Shown piece by piece: positions 7,764 to 17,264 of a stretch of 28,318 bases of DNA; within the stretch, counting starts at the first letter, position 1, and each line of letters starts with the position of its first letter. The translations under genes and the position numbers were made by a program. The notes beneath the pieces are model-generated. The model saw nothing but the letters and a program-made list of their open reading frames with translations. It did no database searches and was not told the origin of the DNA. Source of the DNA: Candidatus Diapherotrites archaeon CG08_land_8_20_14_0_20_30_16 (GTDB lineage Archaea > Iainarchaeota > Iainarchaeia > Iainarchaeales > 0-14-0-20-30-16); assembly GCA_002779075.1 (NCBI GenBank), contig PEXK01000003.1:1-28318 (forward strand). The letters are read 5' to 3'.

Positions 7764-8207
7764 TTGGGAAAAAATAAACCAAAAAGACGAAGACCATTAA
7801 CATTTGAACAACAATTGTTCCAAAGAATAAAAGTAACAATAAAAATATGTGTTGAGCCTTTAATTGAAGATTGGCCAGATCTGACAATAGATAAAAAAGA
7901 AGATTTTGTTGAATACATACATAGAGAATTATACAGAGGTATAAATTTAACAAGGGAATACATACCAGAATATACTGTATTAGCAAAATTCTGTTTTTGC
8001 GTCTTAAGCGATCCTAAAATGTCAGAGATCCCAAAAGAGCGAGCTGCGGAATTATTAGCAAACATTTTAAGCAAAGAGAATTCTCACCCAGCAAAGGGGT
8101 TGTTAATTTCTAATTTACAAACAATAAGACAATTACCTAAATATCTACGGGATCTATTAGCAAAAAATCAAGACAAGGCAACAAGAAATGCAATGGGCAT
8201 AGATTGA
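7764..8207 (+). CDS. Hypothetical protein with basic N-terminus (GKNKPKRRRP)
   Basis: 147-aa ORF with protein-like composition. The overlapping minus-strand ORFs (7727..8074, 7741..7986) are low-complexity and less plausible. Its only in-frame start is a TTG. It is divergent from the NurA-like gene. Confidence 0.5.
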   Translation: MGKNKPKRRRPLTFEQQLFQRIKVTIKICVEPLIEDWPDLTIDKKEDFVEYIHRELYRGINLTREYIPEYTVLAKFCFCVLSDPKMSEIPKERAAELLANILSKENSHPAKGLLISNLQTIRQLPKYLRDLLAKNQDKATRNAMGID

Positions 8208-8243
8208 AACACATTTTATATTCTTTTACAATATTATATTAAC

Positions 8244-8858
8244 ATGTACAAAATAGGACTAATATCAACCCATGGAACAGGAAAAACTACTTTGGCCTAC
8301 ACAATAGCTGGAGAGTTCAAGAAGCAAGGCATTAAAGTAAAGCCGATTGCTGAAATGGCTACAATAGCTATAGAAAGAGGCTTTCCAATTAATAAAGGGA
8401 CTACTTTAGAAGCACAAGGATGGATTTTTCATACACAAAGTTCATTAGAGCTTGAAGCTGAAATGTATAATTATGAAGTGTGTATATGCGATAGAACAGT
8501 TTTTGATAACTTTGTTTACATGATAAACAGCTTGGGGGAACAAAAAGAATATTTGGAAATGGTTTTGGGGCATATGAAATTACACCCCTATAATAAATTA
8601 TATTTAATCCCAATAACAAACGATGAAAAAGAATTGCAAGAAGATGGTGTCAGAGATACAGACTTAAATTTTCAAAGACAAATTGACATCAAATTACGCA
8701 ACTTACTGCAAGATTTGAAAATAGAATATATTGAATTGCCAAAACCAAAGTCCAAAGATACATTGAGACAAGAATGGACAAAACTAATTATTGAAAACAC
8801 ATTAAAAGATTTGGGTAGAAAAACTTTGTTTGATTTTGACAATAAACAAGATCTATAA
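8244..8858 (+). CDS. Small P-loop NTPase (AAA_28 / NadR-kinase-like)
   Basis: 204 aa. The N-terminal Walker A is GLISTHGTGKTTLA and the Walker B-like motif is VCICDRTVFD. The size and layout match stand-alone kinase-like P-loop proteins. Confidence 0.6.
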   Translation: MYKIGLISTHGTGKTTLAYTIAGEFKKQGIKVKPIAEMATIAIERGFPINKGTTLEAQGWIFHTQSSLELEAEMYNYEVCICDRTVFDNFVYMINSLGEQKEYLEMVLGHMKLHPYNKLYLIPITNDEKELQEDGVRDTDLNFQRQIDIKLRNLLQDLKIEYIELPKPKSKDTLRQEWTKLIIENTLKDLGRKTLFDFDNKQDL

Positions 8859-8868
8859 CACTAAACAG

Positions 8869-8888
8869 AACTAATTTATGTATTAGTT
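8869..8888. terminator. AT-rich 7-bp hairpin between convergent genes (aactaat-ttatgt-attagtt)
   Basis: Read directly. It lies between the stop of 8244..8858 (+) and the stop of pheT (-). The stem is weak. Confidence 0.3.
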
Positions 8889-8898
8889 AAAAATTTAA

Positions 8899-10575
8899 TC
8901 AATATTTATCAACACAGATTTCAAAATAAGCAACAGGCATGTTCAAGCCAAACATCAATAAAATGTCTGGATGCAATTCACCAATATATCCTGTGCATAT
9001 GTTTTTGCCTAATTTAAACGTTACTAATGCGCTTCTTTTAGAAATCAAATAAGATAAATCTACAGGCTCATACTTTATATCTTTAGCATCAATTGCTTTC
9101 AAAATAGCATCTAATCTTTGCTTTGCTTCAGTATAACTTGCTTCATTGTGGCAAAGAGTTACACACAAATTATTTTCCTCTTTTACAATTTCATTTTTGT
9201 TTTTTAATTCTATATGAACTGATTTACCAAATTCAAAAATATTCTGAGGATAAGAAATGTGTTGATTCTTAGATAATAACTCTAAATGTTCTGGCAATAT
9301 CCTTTGTCTAAATATTGCAATACTCCCAGACATAGGATTTGCTAATTCAACAAATGGTCTTTCTTTTTTATCAATGTTCAATAAATCGGATTGTTTTTTT
9401 ACATTTGTCAATGTAAATGTAACAACTTCTTGCAACCCCAAACCTATGCTTGCTTCTCTAACTAAATTACTCCATTCTGTGGTTTGCAATATCTTTCCAG
9501 TTGTTGCAGAACTAAATTTTGCTGGTTTTATAACATTATAACCATATTCAATAATCAAATCTTCAATAATATCAACAGGGTGTAAAATATCCTGCCTGTA
9601 TTTTGGATATTGCACATTAACTTTATTGCCAACTACTTTTATATTGTAGTGTTTTCTTTCTAAAAATTCAACAATTTGGTTATCTGTCAGAAACTCACCC
9701 AAATAATCAAATATTTTTTGTTTTTCAAAACTAATTTCTCCAGGTGTTGTGTCTAATGAAACAATTGCTTTTTTTTCATCTAAATAGTTTACTGTTATAC
9801 TTTCAACTTTAGCACCACGATCTGCAAAAGCCAAAGCACAAATCAATAAAACCAAGTCTACTTTCTCTTGACTGACCCCAGTAACCTCTAAAAATAAATC
9901 TTGCAATCCTAATTCTACTTTTCCAGATTCATTTGAATTAATAATTGGAGGCATAGACATTATTTTTCCTGCTTCATCAATCCAAACAGGATATTTATTC
10001 ATATCTTTCATTAAATGTGCAAATTCCTTTCCTTTGGGGTGTACTTTTAATATTTCTTCCAAAGTCATTTCCTCATTAAATTCCAAGGGTTTGAATTTTG
10101 TTTTTTTATCAACAACAGTATATCTTAACCTTTTTCCATTAACTTTATTTAATGCATAAATACCAATTGCAAATTCACTTCTTTTCCGTCCAAAAGTGTT
10201 GCATAATTTTTCTTGAAAATTAATCATACTAATTAGTAAATCTTCAGTAACATTAACATTCCTTATTATTGCTGATGTTTCTTTTGGATTGAATTTATTT
10301 TCTCCAGATACTTCAACAATATAATCACTTTTAGCAAACCTATATTTAGGTAATGCTTTTTCTAAACCTAAATGTGCTTTTAATTCTCTTGCAATACCTT
10401 CAACACTCCACAAATCAGGCCTATTAGAATCAGTAATCTCCACTGTAATAACGCCATCAACAAAATCATTTAATTCTCCTTTTGCTGGGAAGAAATATGT
10501 TTCTAATTGATTATTATCAATATCAAAACCCATTAAACTTTCTAAATCTCTTTTACTAAATACAATGTTTGGCAT
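8899..10575 (-). CDS. pheT: Phenylalanine--tRNA ligase beta subunit, archaeal type
   Basis: 558 aa, the typical archaeal PheT length. The N-terminal MPNIVFSKRDLESLMG... B3/4-like region is present, and the gene is directly downstream of pheS. Confidence 0.9.
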   Translation of the reverse strand: MPNIVFSKRDLESLMGFDIDNNQLETYFFPAKGELNDFVDGVITVEITDSNRPDLWSVEGIARELKAHLGLEKALPKYRFAKSDYIVEVSGENKFNPKETSAIIRNVNVTEDLLISMINFQEKLCNTFGRKRSEFAIGIYALNKVNGKRLRYTVVDKKTKFKPLEFNEEMTLEEILKVHPKGKEFAHLMKDMNKYPVWIDEAGKIMSMPPIINSNESGKVELGLQDLFLEVTGVSQEKVDLVLLICALAFADRGAKVESITVNYLDEKKAIVSLDTTPGEISFEKQKIFDYLGEFLTDNQIVEFLERKHYNIKVVGNKVNVQYPKYRQDILHPVDIIEDLIIEYGYNVIKPAKFSSATTGKILQTTEWSNLVREASIGLGLQEVVTFTLTNVKKQSDLLNIDKKERPFVELANPMSGSIAIFRQRILPEHLELLSKNQHISYPQNIFEFGKSVHIELKNKNEIVKEENNLCVTLCHNEASYTEAKQRLDAILKAIDAKDIKYEPVDLSYLISKRSALVTFKLGKNICTGYIGELHPDILLMFGLNMPVAYFEICVDKY

Positions 10576-10658
10576 AATATTTCCCCTTTAATTTTATGCT
10601 ATCTGTTGAAATATTTCACAAACTAAAAGAAATTTTCAACTGTGGCATTTTATCACCA

Positions 10659-12125
10659 TTAAATCTTCTCAACAATTGGCTTGTTTCTCAACCAATCTAA
10701 TTTTGTACTAAACAAATCTCTAATATCTGTTATATCTAAATTAAACATTGCTAATCTATCAATTCCTATACCCCAAGCAATAACCCGTTCTTTAATTCCC
10801 AAAGTTTCAGTAAACTCAGGTCTGAATATTCCTGAACCCCCTAATTCAACCCAACCTAATTTTGGGTGTTTAGCATGCAATGATGCTGAGGGTTCAGTAA
10901 ATGGATAATAACAAGGAGTAAACATTATCTCTTCTGCACCTGCAAATTCCTTTGCAAACTGAGACAACAACCCCAGCAAATGCTTAAATGAAATATCTTT
11001 TCCTAAAACAAATCCTTCTAATTGATTAAATTCAGATAAATGTGTTGCATCAATAACATCTGGCCTGTATACTCTTGAAAATGCAAAATATCTTTTTGGA
11101 GAATCTACTCCTTGTGATAATAATCTTGCTGAGAATGCAGTGCCATGCGCAACAGGCATTAATTTTTGTGCAATGCTTTCCTGCCAATTATATTTCCAAC
11201 CTTTAGAACCTGTATTTCCACCACTTTCGTGTGCTGCTTTTACTTTATTTACTAAATCCTTATTTGGCAGATCACCTAAACTGGGTCTTTTTAATGAATA
11301 GGTATCAGACCATGTTCTTGCAGGATGATTCTGAGGTTGAAATGGAACATCAAAATTATAAAATTCTGTTGTAATTAGATCTGTTGGCATTTCTTCAAAG
11401 CCCATTCCAACTAATTTTTGTTTTACTAAATCAAGAAATCGCAAATATGGCTGATACTTGCCTAAAAAAAGAGGGTCAACTTCGCTAACAACATTGTAAG
11501 GTTTGAAATTTACTTTTTTGTAACTTTGAGTTTTTAACATATCTTGTGTTAAATAAGTTTGCGTTTTTTGTACTTCTAATTTTGAATATTTCTCCCCTAA
11601 AGTATTTCTTTTAACAAAATAATCTGATTTGAAATGCGCTTCTAACAAATTCATTTTCAACAATTTCCCAATAACTGTTTTGTCTGATATTTCTTTGCCA
11701 GAATCTAAATCTTGCAATGCATTATGCAAACTAGCAAAACCAAAATCCTTCAAAGCATCTGTTTTTTTAACAAAGTCGCCATGACATTCTATTAATTTGT
11801 TTTTCATAGCATAACCAAAAATAAATGCACTCTTATCCCTCAACTGTTTTCTAAATGTGTCCAATAAAAGTTTGTCTGATGACAAAACTTTTAGAATTAG
11901 TTCTTCGGGGAATTGTTCTTTTGTGTAGAGTTTGCCAAATTTACTTAATTTGTATGTGCTTGCCTCTTTCTTCTCAATATCTACTAAACCTTTTTCCTGC
12001 AGAATGTTAATTGCTCGTCTAACAGAATCTATATTTATGCCTAAAGAGTCTGATAACTCCTGAAAAGATACAAACTTAGAACCCAAAGAACTCAAACACA
12101 AAATTTCGTCACTTGTAAATTCCAT
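10659..12125 (-). CDS. pheS: Phenylalanine--tRNA ligase alpha subunit, archaeal/eukaryotic type
   Basis: 488 aa with N-terminal wHTH-like repeats. Class II motifs are present: YRPDVIDATHLSEFNQLEG (motif 2) and GIGIDRLAM (motif 3). Confidence 0.9.
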   Translation of the reverse strand: MEFTSDEILCLSSLGSKFVSFQELSDSLGINIDSVRRAINILQEKGLVDIEKKEASTYKLSKFGKLYTKEQFPEELILKVLSSDKLLLDTFRKQLRDKSAFIFGYAMKNKLIECHGDFVKKTDALKDFGFASLHNALQDLDSGKEISDKTVIGKLLKMNLLEAHFKSDYFVKRNTLGEKYSKLEVQKTQTYLTQDMLKTQSYKKVNFKPYNVVSEVDPLFLGKYQPYLRFLDLVKQKLVGMGFEEMPTDLITTEFYNFDVPFQPQNHPARTWSDTYSLKRPSLGDLPNKDLVNKVKAAHESGGNTGSKGWKYNWQESIAQKLMPVAHGTAFSARLLSQGVDSPKRYFAFSRVYRPDVIDATHLSEFNQLEGFVLGKDISFKHLLGLLSQFAKEFAGAEEIMFTPCYYPFTEPSASLHAKHPKLGWVELGGSGIFRPEFTETLGIKERVIAWGIGIDRLAMFNLDITDIRDLFSTKLDWLRNKPIVEKI

Positions 12126-12228
12126 TTTAACACCACATTTAATAAGAAATCAAATAATATATAAGGATAGGGTTTTTAATAATATTTGAAGTAAAGGCAT
12201 AAAAACTCTTCTGTAGTAAGATTATCTA

Positions 12229-13743
12229 ATGCTTTTTGAGTTAGGGCTCAAAAAAGATATTAAGAAAGAAGGCCCAAAGAATTATAAAACGAATTTTAAG
12301 TATTCTGAAAGTAATATAGGCTATGATTCTGCTTTTTCTAAAAGATTAGTGTTAGACAACCCAAAAGACATATTTCAGGAATGCGCCCTGTATTACCTTT
12401 TTGATAAAAAAGAACCAAAAATGTTAATAAGAGATTTGGTAAAATTGTCTGCTCAGGAAAAAGGAGTTTTTAAAAAATTCTTTGATTTCCTGAAAGAACT
12501 ACCAATAAGCAATACAAAAAAGGAATTAGAGAGCTATTTTTTACAATTCTTAGAAGAAAATAAAATACTGCTCGATTCTGATCAAAAGAAATACCTCTAC
12601 AATTTGATAGATTTCGAAATAAATGGTTTTGGTGCTTTAACTCCTATACTACGAGACAAAGATAAAATTGAAGAAATTGCAGTAATTGGTCTTGGGATAG
12701 ATAATCCTGTTTTTGCATATGTTTCAAATACAGGGTGGACAAAAACAAACCTTTATTTTACAAATGAAGAATATGTAAAAGAATTAATTAATAAAATGGC
12801 AAGAAATATTGGAAGACAAATATCAATAAACTATCCTTTGCTAAATGCATCTTTGCCAGATGGATCAAGATTAAATGCAATAATCGCCCCTGTAAGTAAT
12901 AGGGATCCAATAATAACACTGAGACGCTTCAAATATAATCCTTTGACACCAATAAATCTAATTAAATATGATACTTTATCAGAAGAAGTAGCTACTTTTT
13001 TATGGCTTGCAATGCTAACTGACTCCAATGTATTAATTGCTGGCAACACAGGTTCAGGGAAAACAACAACATTAAATGCATTATTTAGCTTTGTTCCTCA
13101 AAATGAAAGAGTAATAATTTGTGAAGAAACACCCGAAGTGAATATACCTCACAAACATAAGGTAAAACTGAAAATTGATGAGAAAAAAGGAATAACAATG
13201 AATGAATTAATAATTTCAACTTTAAGAATGAGGCCTGACCGTTTAATAGTTGGAGAAATACGCAGTAAAGAAGAAGTAAATTCTTTTATAGATACTATTT
13301 TAGCAGGACAGGGAAAAGGCTCTTATGCTACCTTTCATGGTCTATCAATACCTGATACTGTTGAAAGATTATTGAAATTAGGGGTATTAGAACAGGACCT
13401 GAATGCTTTGGATTTAATAATTCTTCAGAGACGGTGGAACACAATAGATTTGAAAACAAAAAAACAGTATGAATTAAGAAAAATAGTTGAGATTGCAGAA
13501 TTAGTAGATAAAAAACCAGTACCAATATACAAATACGATTTTGGAACTGGCATTTGGCAAAAAACAAATGAAAGTACAAGAATAAAAAACAAAATAGAAA
13601 TAATCTTCAAAGATAAATTTGAGGATATTTTCAGAGTATATGAAAATAAGCTGAGTGATTTAAACACAAAAACACAAAATATGCAGCAATTCTTTGAAAG
13701 TGTAAATGATTTATGGAGTATAATTTATCATGATATTGAGTAA
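12229..13743 (+). CDS. Type II/IV secretion-family ATPase (archaeal type IV filament assembly ATPase, ArlI/PilB/EpdL-like)
   Basis: 504 aa. Walker A is AGNTGSGKTT, with the PDRLIVGEIR box and the ATFHG His-box typical of the T2SS-E/VirB11 superfamily. Confidence 0.85.
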   Translation: MLFELGLKKDIKKEGPKNYKTNFKYSESNIGYDSAFSKRLVLDNPKDIFQECALYYLFDKKEPKMLIRDLVKLSAQEKGVFKKFFDFLKELPISNTKKELESYFLQFLEENKILLDSDQKKYLYNLIDFEINGFGALTPILRDKDKIEEIAVIGLGIDNPVFAYVSNTGWTKTNLYFTNEEYVKELINKMARNIGRQISINYPLLNASLPDGSRLNAIIAPVSNRDPIITLRRFKYNPLTPINLIKYDTLSEEVATFLWLAMLTDSNVLIAGNTGSGKTTTLNALFSFVPQNERVIICEETPEVNIPHKHKVKLKIDEKKGITMNELIISTLRMRPDRLIVGEIRSKEEVNSFIDTILAGQGKGSYATFHGLSIPDTVERLLKLGVLEQDLNALDLIILQRRWNTIDLKTKKQYELRKIVEIAELVDKKPVPIYKYDFGTGIWQKTNESTRIKNKIEIIFKDKFEDIFRVYENKLSDLNTKTQNMQQFFESVNDLWSIIYHDIE

Positions 13744-14527
13744 TATTAATTTAAAAGAAAACATCCGATTTGTGAAATTCAAGTATCCTTGGGTCTATTT
13801 GAGTAGCTATAAAAAAATAATGTATTTTGTTACAATAATTACTACCTTGTTTTTTTCAACAATATGTTTTCTATATTTCAGAAACCTAGAATACACAATG
13901 TATGTTTTTGTTAGTATTGGTGTTGTTTCTATTGCTTTTTTTTATTATTATCCGTTTGTTTTAAAAAAAGTATTTAATGGAAAAATAGAGAAAGATCTAC
14001 CTTTTTTCTTAATCGATTTGGACATGAAATTAAGTATAGGCCAGGAATTTTTATTATCTTTAAAAGAATTGTCAAAGGAATATGACTTTTTAGGAACTGT
14101 TTTCCAAAAGATTATTGATAATTACAATAAGGGAACATCTTTGCAGAAAAGTTTTAGAGAATATGCAGAAATTTTTGATTCGCAAGATTTCAAAAGAGCT
14201 TTGACGCAAATATTAAATATATATGAGTCAGGCAAGAATTTTAAAGAAAAGGGCCCTTTATTTGAATTAGCAGAAGAATTAATAAATATTCAAACAACAA
14301 AGACAAAACTTTATTCAAACAAATTAGTGATGATTTCATTGTTTTTTATTGCGGTAACTGCAATTTTGCCTGCTTTATTTTTGGTTTTTATAAATATAGG
14401 AAGCATAATACTTGATTTGGGAATTACACCAATACAACTAATATTGATTTTTACAGTTTTGTTTCCCTGTGCTGATTTAGTGATAATTTTTATTATTTTC
14501 AACATTATGCCTGGTTTCTTGAGGTGA
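13730..14527 (+). CDS. Type IV filament platform protein, single T2SS-F domain (TadB/EpdJ-like half-size)
   Basis: 265 aa. An N-terminal TM pair is followed by a cytoplasmic helical domain (DLPFFLIDLDMKLSIGQEF...NKGTSLQKSF...ILNIYESG) and C-terminal TMs. It overlaps the ATPase gene by 14 nt. Confidence 0.7.
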   Translation: MILSNINLKENIRFVKFKYPWVYLSSYKKIMYFVTIITTLFFSTICFLYFRNLEYTMYVFVSIGVVSIAFFYYYPFVLKKVFNGKIEKDLPFFLIDLDMKLSIGQEFLLSLKELSKEYDFLGTVFQKIIDNYNKGTSLQKSFREYAEIFDSQDFKRALTQILNIYESGKNFKEKGPLFELAEELINIQTTKTKLYSNKLVMISLFFIAVTAILPALFLVFINIGSIILDLGITPIQLILIFTVLFPCADLVIIFIIFNIMPGFLR

Positions 14528-14530
14528 ATT

Positions 14531-15430
14531 ATGTTTTTAGACACAACATTGCAAAAGGTTTTAGGGCTGCAAAAATATGATTATTTTGCTTTGGTTTTGA
14601 ACAAGAGCAACAAAACACAACAGGATTTTCAAAAAGAGATTGCAATTATATTTTCTCTATTTATAATTGTAATAACTGCTCTCTTTGTTTTGAGCTATTT
14701 GTCTTTAATTATTTATATTTTGTTATGGCTGGTTTCTTTACCATTAATTTTTATTGGAGTTTATAGTTTAGAGTTGTTTAAAGAAGAGCAAAGACAAAAA
14801 ACAATTGAAAAAAATATTCAAGATATTCTGTTACAGGCGAGTTTATTTCCCAAAGGCACAGAAATTACTAAAATTATTGATTATATAGCAAACCAGAATT
14901 ACAAATACACCTCTGTTGAGTTTAAAATTGCTTTAAAACAAATAAAAAAAGGCTATTCTGTACAAAAATCTTTACAAGAAATCTGTACTAGGAACAAAAG
15001 TAAATTACTGCAAAGAGTAATTGGTTTGTTGATAATAGGATATAAATCAGGAAAAGATATGCATTTTGTTTTTAACAAAATAAGTCAATATATCCTGCAC
15101 ATTCATGAATTAGAAAGAGAAAGGTATTCGAGTTTGGCAATACAAAAATACACTTTATTAATTTCTGCAGCAGTTTTAGTGCCTTTGATCCTGGGTTGGA
15201 TTAAAAATATAATCGCGGGTTTTGATGTTTCAACATTTCAAACATTAGAAATAATAAGCCAGAGCCCAGAAATGAAGGAATATGCAGCAATTGCAACATA
15301 CATCTATTTAGCAGAGTTGTCTGTTATTTCCAGCTTCTTTGTTGCATTAGTAGATGGAAATAAAAAGAAATTTATCTGGTATTTGTTATTTATTCTTCCC
15401 TGTGCGTTTTTGGTTTTCTTTTTAGTTTAA
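14531..15430 (+). CDS. Type IV filament platform protein, single T2SS-F domain (TadC/EpdK-like half-size)
   Basis: 299 aa with the same TM-helical domain-TM layout (IQDILLQASLFPKGT...KKGYSVQKSL...LIIGYKSG). It starts 4 nt after the previous gene. Confidence 0.7.
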   Translation: MFLDTTLQKVLGLQKYDYFALVLNKSNKTQQDFQKEIAIIFSLFIIVITALFVLSYLSLIIYILLWLVSLPLIFIGVYSLELFKEEQRQKTIEKNIQDILLQASLFPKGTEITKIIDYIANQNYKYTSVEFKIALKQIKKGYSVQKSLQEICTRNKSKLLQRVIGLLIIGYKSGKDMHFVFNKISQYILHIHELERERYSSLAIQKYTLLISAAVLVPLILGWIKNIIAGFDVSTFQTLEIISQSPEMKEYAAIATYIYLAELSVISSFFVALVDGNKKKFIWYLLFILPCAFLVFFLV

Positions 15431-16842
15431 ATCTTTCTTGTCGCTGTAAAACCATTTGGAATATCACCAATAACAATACCTAAAGAATCAAACTCTTTTC
15501 TCAATGCATCACTTGTTGCAAAATCCTTTGTTTTTCTTGCATTGTATCTTTGCCAAAGCTTAGCCTCTAAATCTCCAGATATTTTTTCTTGAAATGTGAA
15601 CAAACCAAAAATAGAATCCAAATCTTTGAAATAATCTAGAATTAATTCTGCAATTTTCTTGCTTATTTCTCCTGAGGATATTAAAGAATTTGCAAAAGAT
15701 ATATAATCATATAAATGTGTTAATGCTAATGGCGAGTTCAAATTATCATCTAATGCAATTTTCACTTTTTTTATTATATCTTCAGACTTTTTTTGCACAG
15801 CATCGTGCTTTTCTTCATTAAATTGATTTTCAGAAAAATAATTTGTCAACTGACCCAATAACTGATTTATATCATTTAAATTTTTTTGCATAACATTTAA
15901 TGAATCGAAAGTAAAATTTAATTGATTTTTATAATTACAAGATAAAAACAGCAGTTTTAATGCTAACGGATTGTAATTTTGTTTTTCTAAATCTCTTATT
16001 GTGTAAAAATTTCCTAAACTTTTTGCCATTCTCTGGCCATTTATTAATAAGTGTTTGGAGTGCAACCAAAATCTCACAAAAGGTTTTGATGAAAATGCTT
16101 CGCTTTGTGCAATTTCATTTTCATGGTGTGGAAATATCAGGTCTTCTCCACCAGAATGAATATCTATTGTGGAGCCTAATAAAGAAATACTCATTACTGA
16201 ACATTCAATATGCCAGCCAGGTCTGCCTTTTCCTAATTTTGTTTCCCAAAAAACTTTGCCGTCTTTGGGGGTGTACGCTTTCCACAAAACAAAATCATTT
16301 AATTCTTCTTTTGAATATTCATCTGTTGATATTCTGCCTGATGCCCCCTGCTTCAAATCTCTTTTATCTAATTGACTTAATTTTCCATACTCTTTAAATT
16401 TTGATAGGGAAAAGTAAACTGAACCGTCATGCACTTTGTATGCAAACCCTTTTCTAATTAATTCATAAATAAAATCAACAATTTTATCTATATATTCAGT
16501 TGCTCTTGGGTAATAACTAGAATCTGTTAATCTCATTTTTTTGCAATCCTCAAAAAAAGCATCAATATAATATTTTGTATAATCCTTCAGATTTCTGTCA
16601 GGATTATTGTTGAGGGCTTTAATAATTTTATCTTCAACATCTGTCAGATTTCTAACATGTATTACATTATACCCTTTATATTTCAAATATCTGACTAATA
16701 AGTCATCAAAAGAAAAAGCCCTTAAATTGCCTATATGACAATAATCATAAACTGTAGGACCGCAAGAGTATATTTTCACTACTTGTTCTTGCACTTTGAA
16801 GGTTTCCTTCTTGCGTGTCAAATCATTAAATAGTTTCAGCAT
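15427..16842 (-). CDS. cysS: Cysteine--tRNA ligase
   Basis: 471 aa. The HIGH-type motif is CHIGNLRAF and the KMSKS-type motif is RMAKSLGN, with GWHIECS zinc-site context. The stop overlaps the stop of the convergent platform gene by 4 nt. Confidence 0.92.
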   Translation of the reverse strand: MLKLFNDLTRKKETFKVQEQVVKIYSCGPTVYDYCHIGNLRAFSFDDLLVRYLKYKGYNVIHVRNLTDVEDKIIKALNNNPDRNLKDYTKYYIDAFFEDCKKMRLTDSSYYPRATEYIDKIVDFIYELIRKGFAYKVHDGSVYFSLSKFKEYGKLSQLDKRDLKQGASGRISTDEYSKEELNDFVLWKAYTPKDGKVFWETKLGKGRPGWHIECSVMSISLLGSTIDIHSGGEDLIFPHHENEIAQSEAFSSKPFVRFWLHSKHLLINGQRMAKSLGNFYTIRDLEKQNYNPLALKLLFLSCNYKNQLNFTFDSLNVMQKNLNDINQLLGQLTNYFSENQFNEEKHDAVQKKSEDIIKKVKIALDDNLNSPLALTHLYDYISFANSLISSGEISKKIAELILDYFKDLDSIFGLFTFQEKISGDLEAKLWQRYNARKTKDFATSDALRKEFDSLGIVIGDIPNGFTATRKI

Positions 16843-16972
16843 AGTCTCACTTCAATCAATTCTTTAAGGGGGTTTTCTTCGCAAATATATCTAAAATTAC
16901 CGAAACATTTATTAATAGGTTCGTTTTATAATAATTAGATTTTATCTTTCGGAGAAAAGGAGGAGATATATA

Positions 16973-17137
16973 ATGGTATATAGTCATAAAAATAAAAAAG
17001 GAAATACATATTATCTGCATAAGAAAGGTAGATTATTTTATTTCTCAAAAGATCCTAAAAGCGGAATAGACATGCCTACAGGTTTTGTTGTAATTGAAAA
17101 CAAAAAAACCGGTTTGCCAATGTTAAAAAGAAAGTAA
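16973..17137 (+). CDS. Small basic protein, 54 aa (MVYSHKNKKGNTYYLHKKGRLFYFSKDPKSGIDMPTGFVVIENKKTGLPMLKRK)
   Basis: Not in the ORF track (too short). Hand translation gives ATG at 16973 and TAA at 17135-17137. It is preceded by a strong Shine-Dalgarno-like AAGGAGGAG 7-8 nt upstream, and a T-tract follows the stop. Confidence 0.55.
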   Translation: MVYSHKNKKGNTYYLHKKGRLFYFSKDPKSGIDMPTGFVVIENKKTGLPMLKRK

Positions 17138-17251
17138 ACCTTTTTTAATAAATTTCTGTAGCTTTGCTAAAGCTCCAAATTAGTGCTTCAGAGTATTTTG
17201 CTCTGGAGTTTTAACTAATTTCTAATTTTAATGTAAAATATATTATCTAGT

Positions 17252-17264
17252 TTACACCCTCGCA
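17252..17264. repeat. GC-rich core TTACACCCTCGCA flanked by TATA-like AT repeats (copy 1)
   Basis: The identical 13-mer recurs at 20576-20588. In both places it lies just 3' of a minus-strand gene and is flanked by TGTAAAATAT / ATATAAAAATAT-type direct repeats. Confidence 0.6.

Noticed and set aside
7727-8074. Minus-strand ORFs 7727..8074 (115 aa) and 7741..7986 (81 aa) overlapping the 147-aa plus-strand ORF.
   Set aside because: Their translations are low-complexity and Leu/Phe/Ile/Cys-rich, typical of antisense frames in AT-rich coding DNA. The plus-strand product has balanced, charged composition.
15427-15430. The 4-nt overlap of the convergent stop codons of the platform gene and cysS as a regulatory feature.
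   Set aside because: Most simply explained by genome compaction. There is no associated structure or motif.
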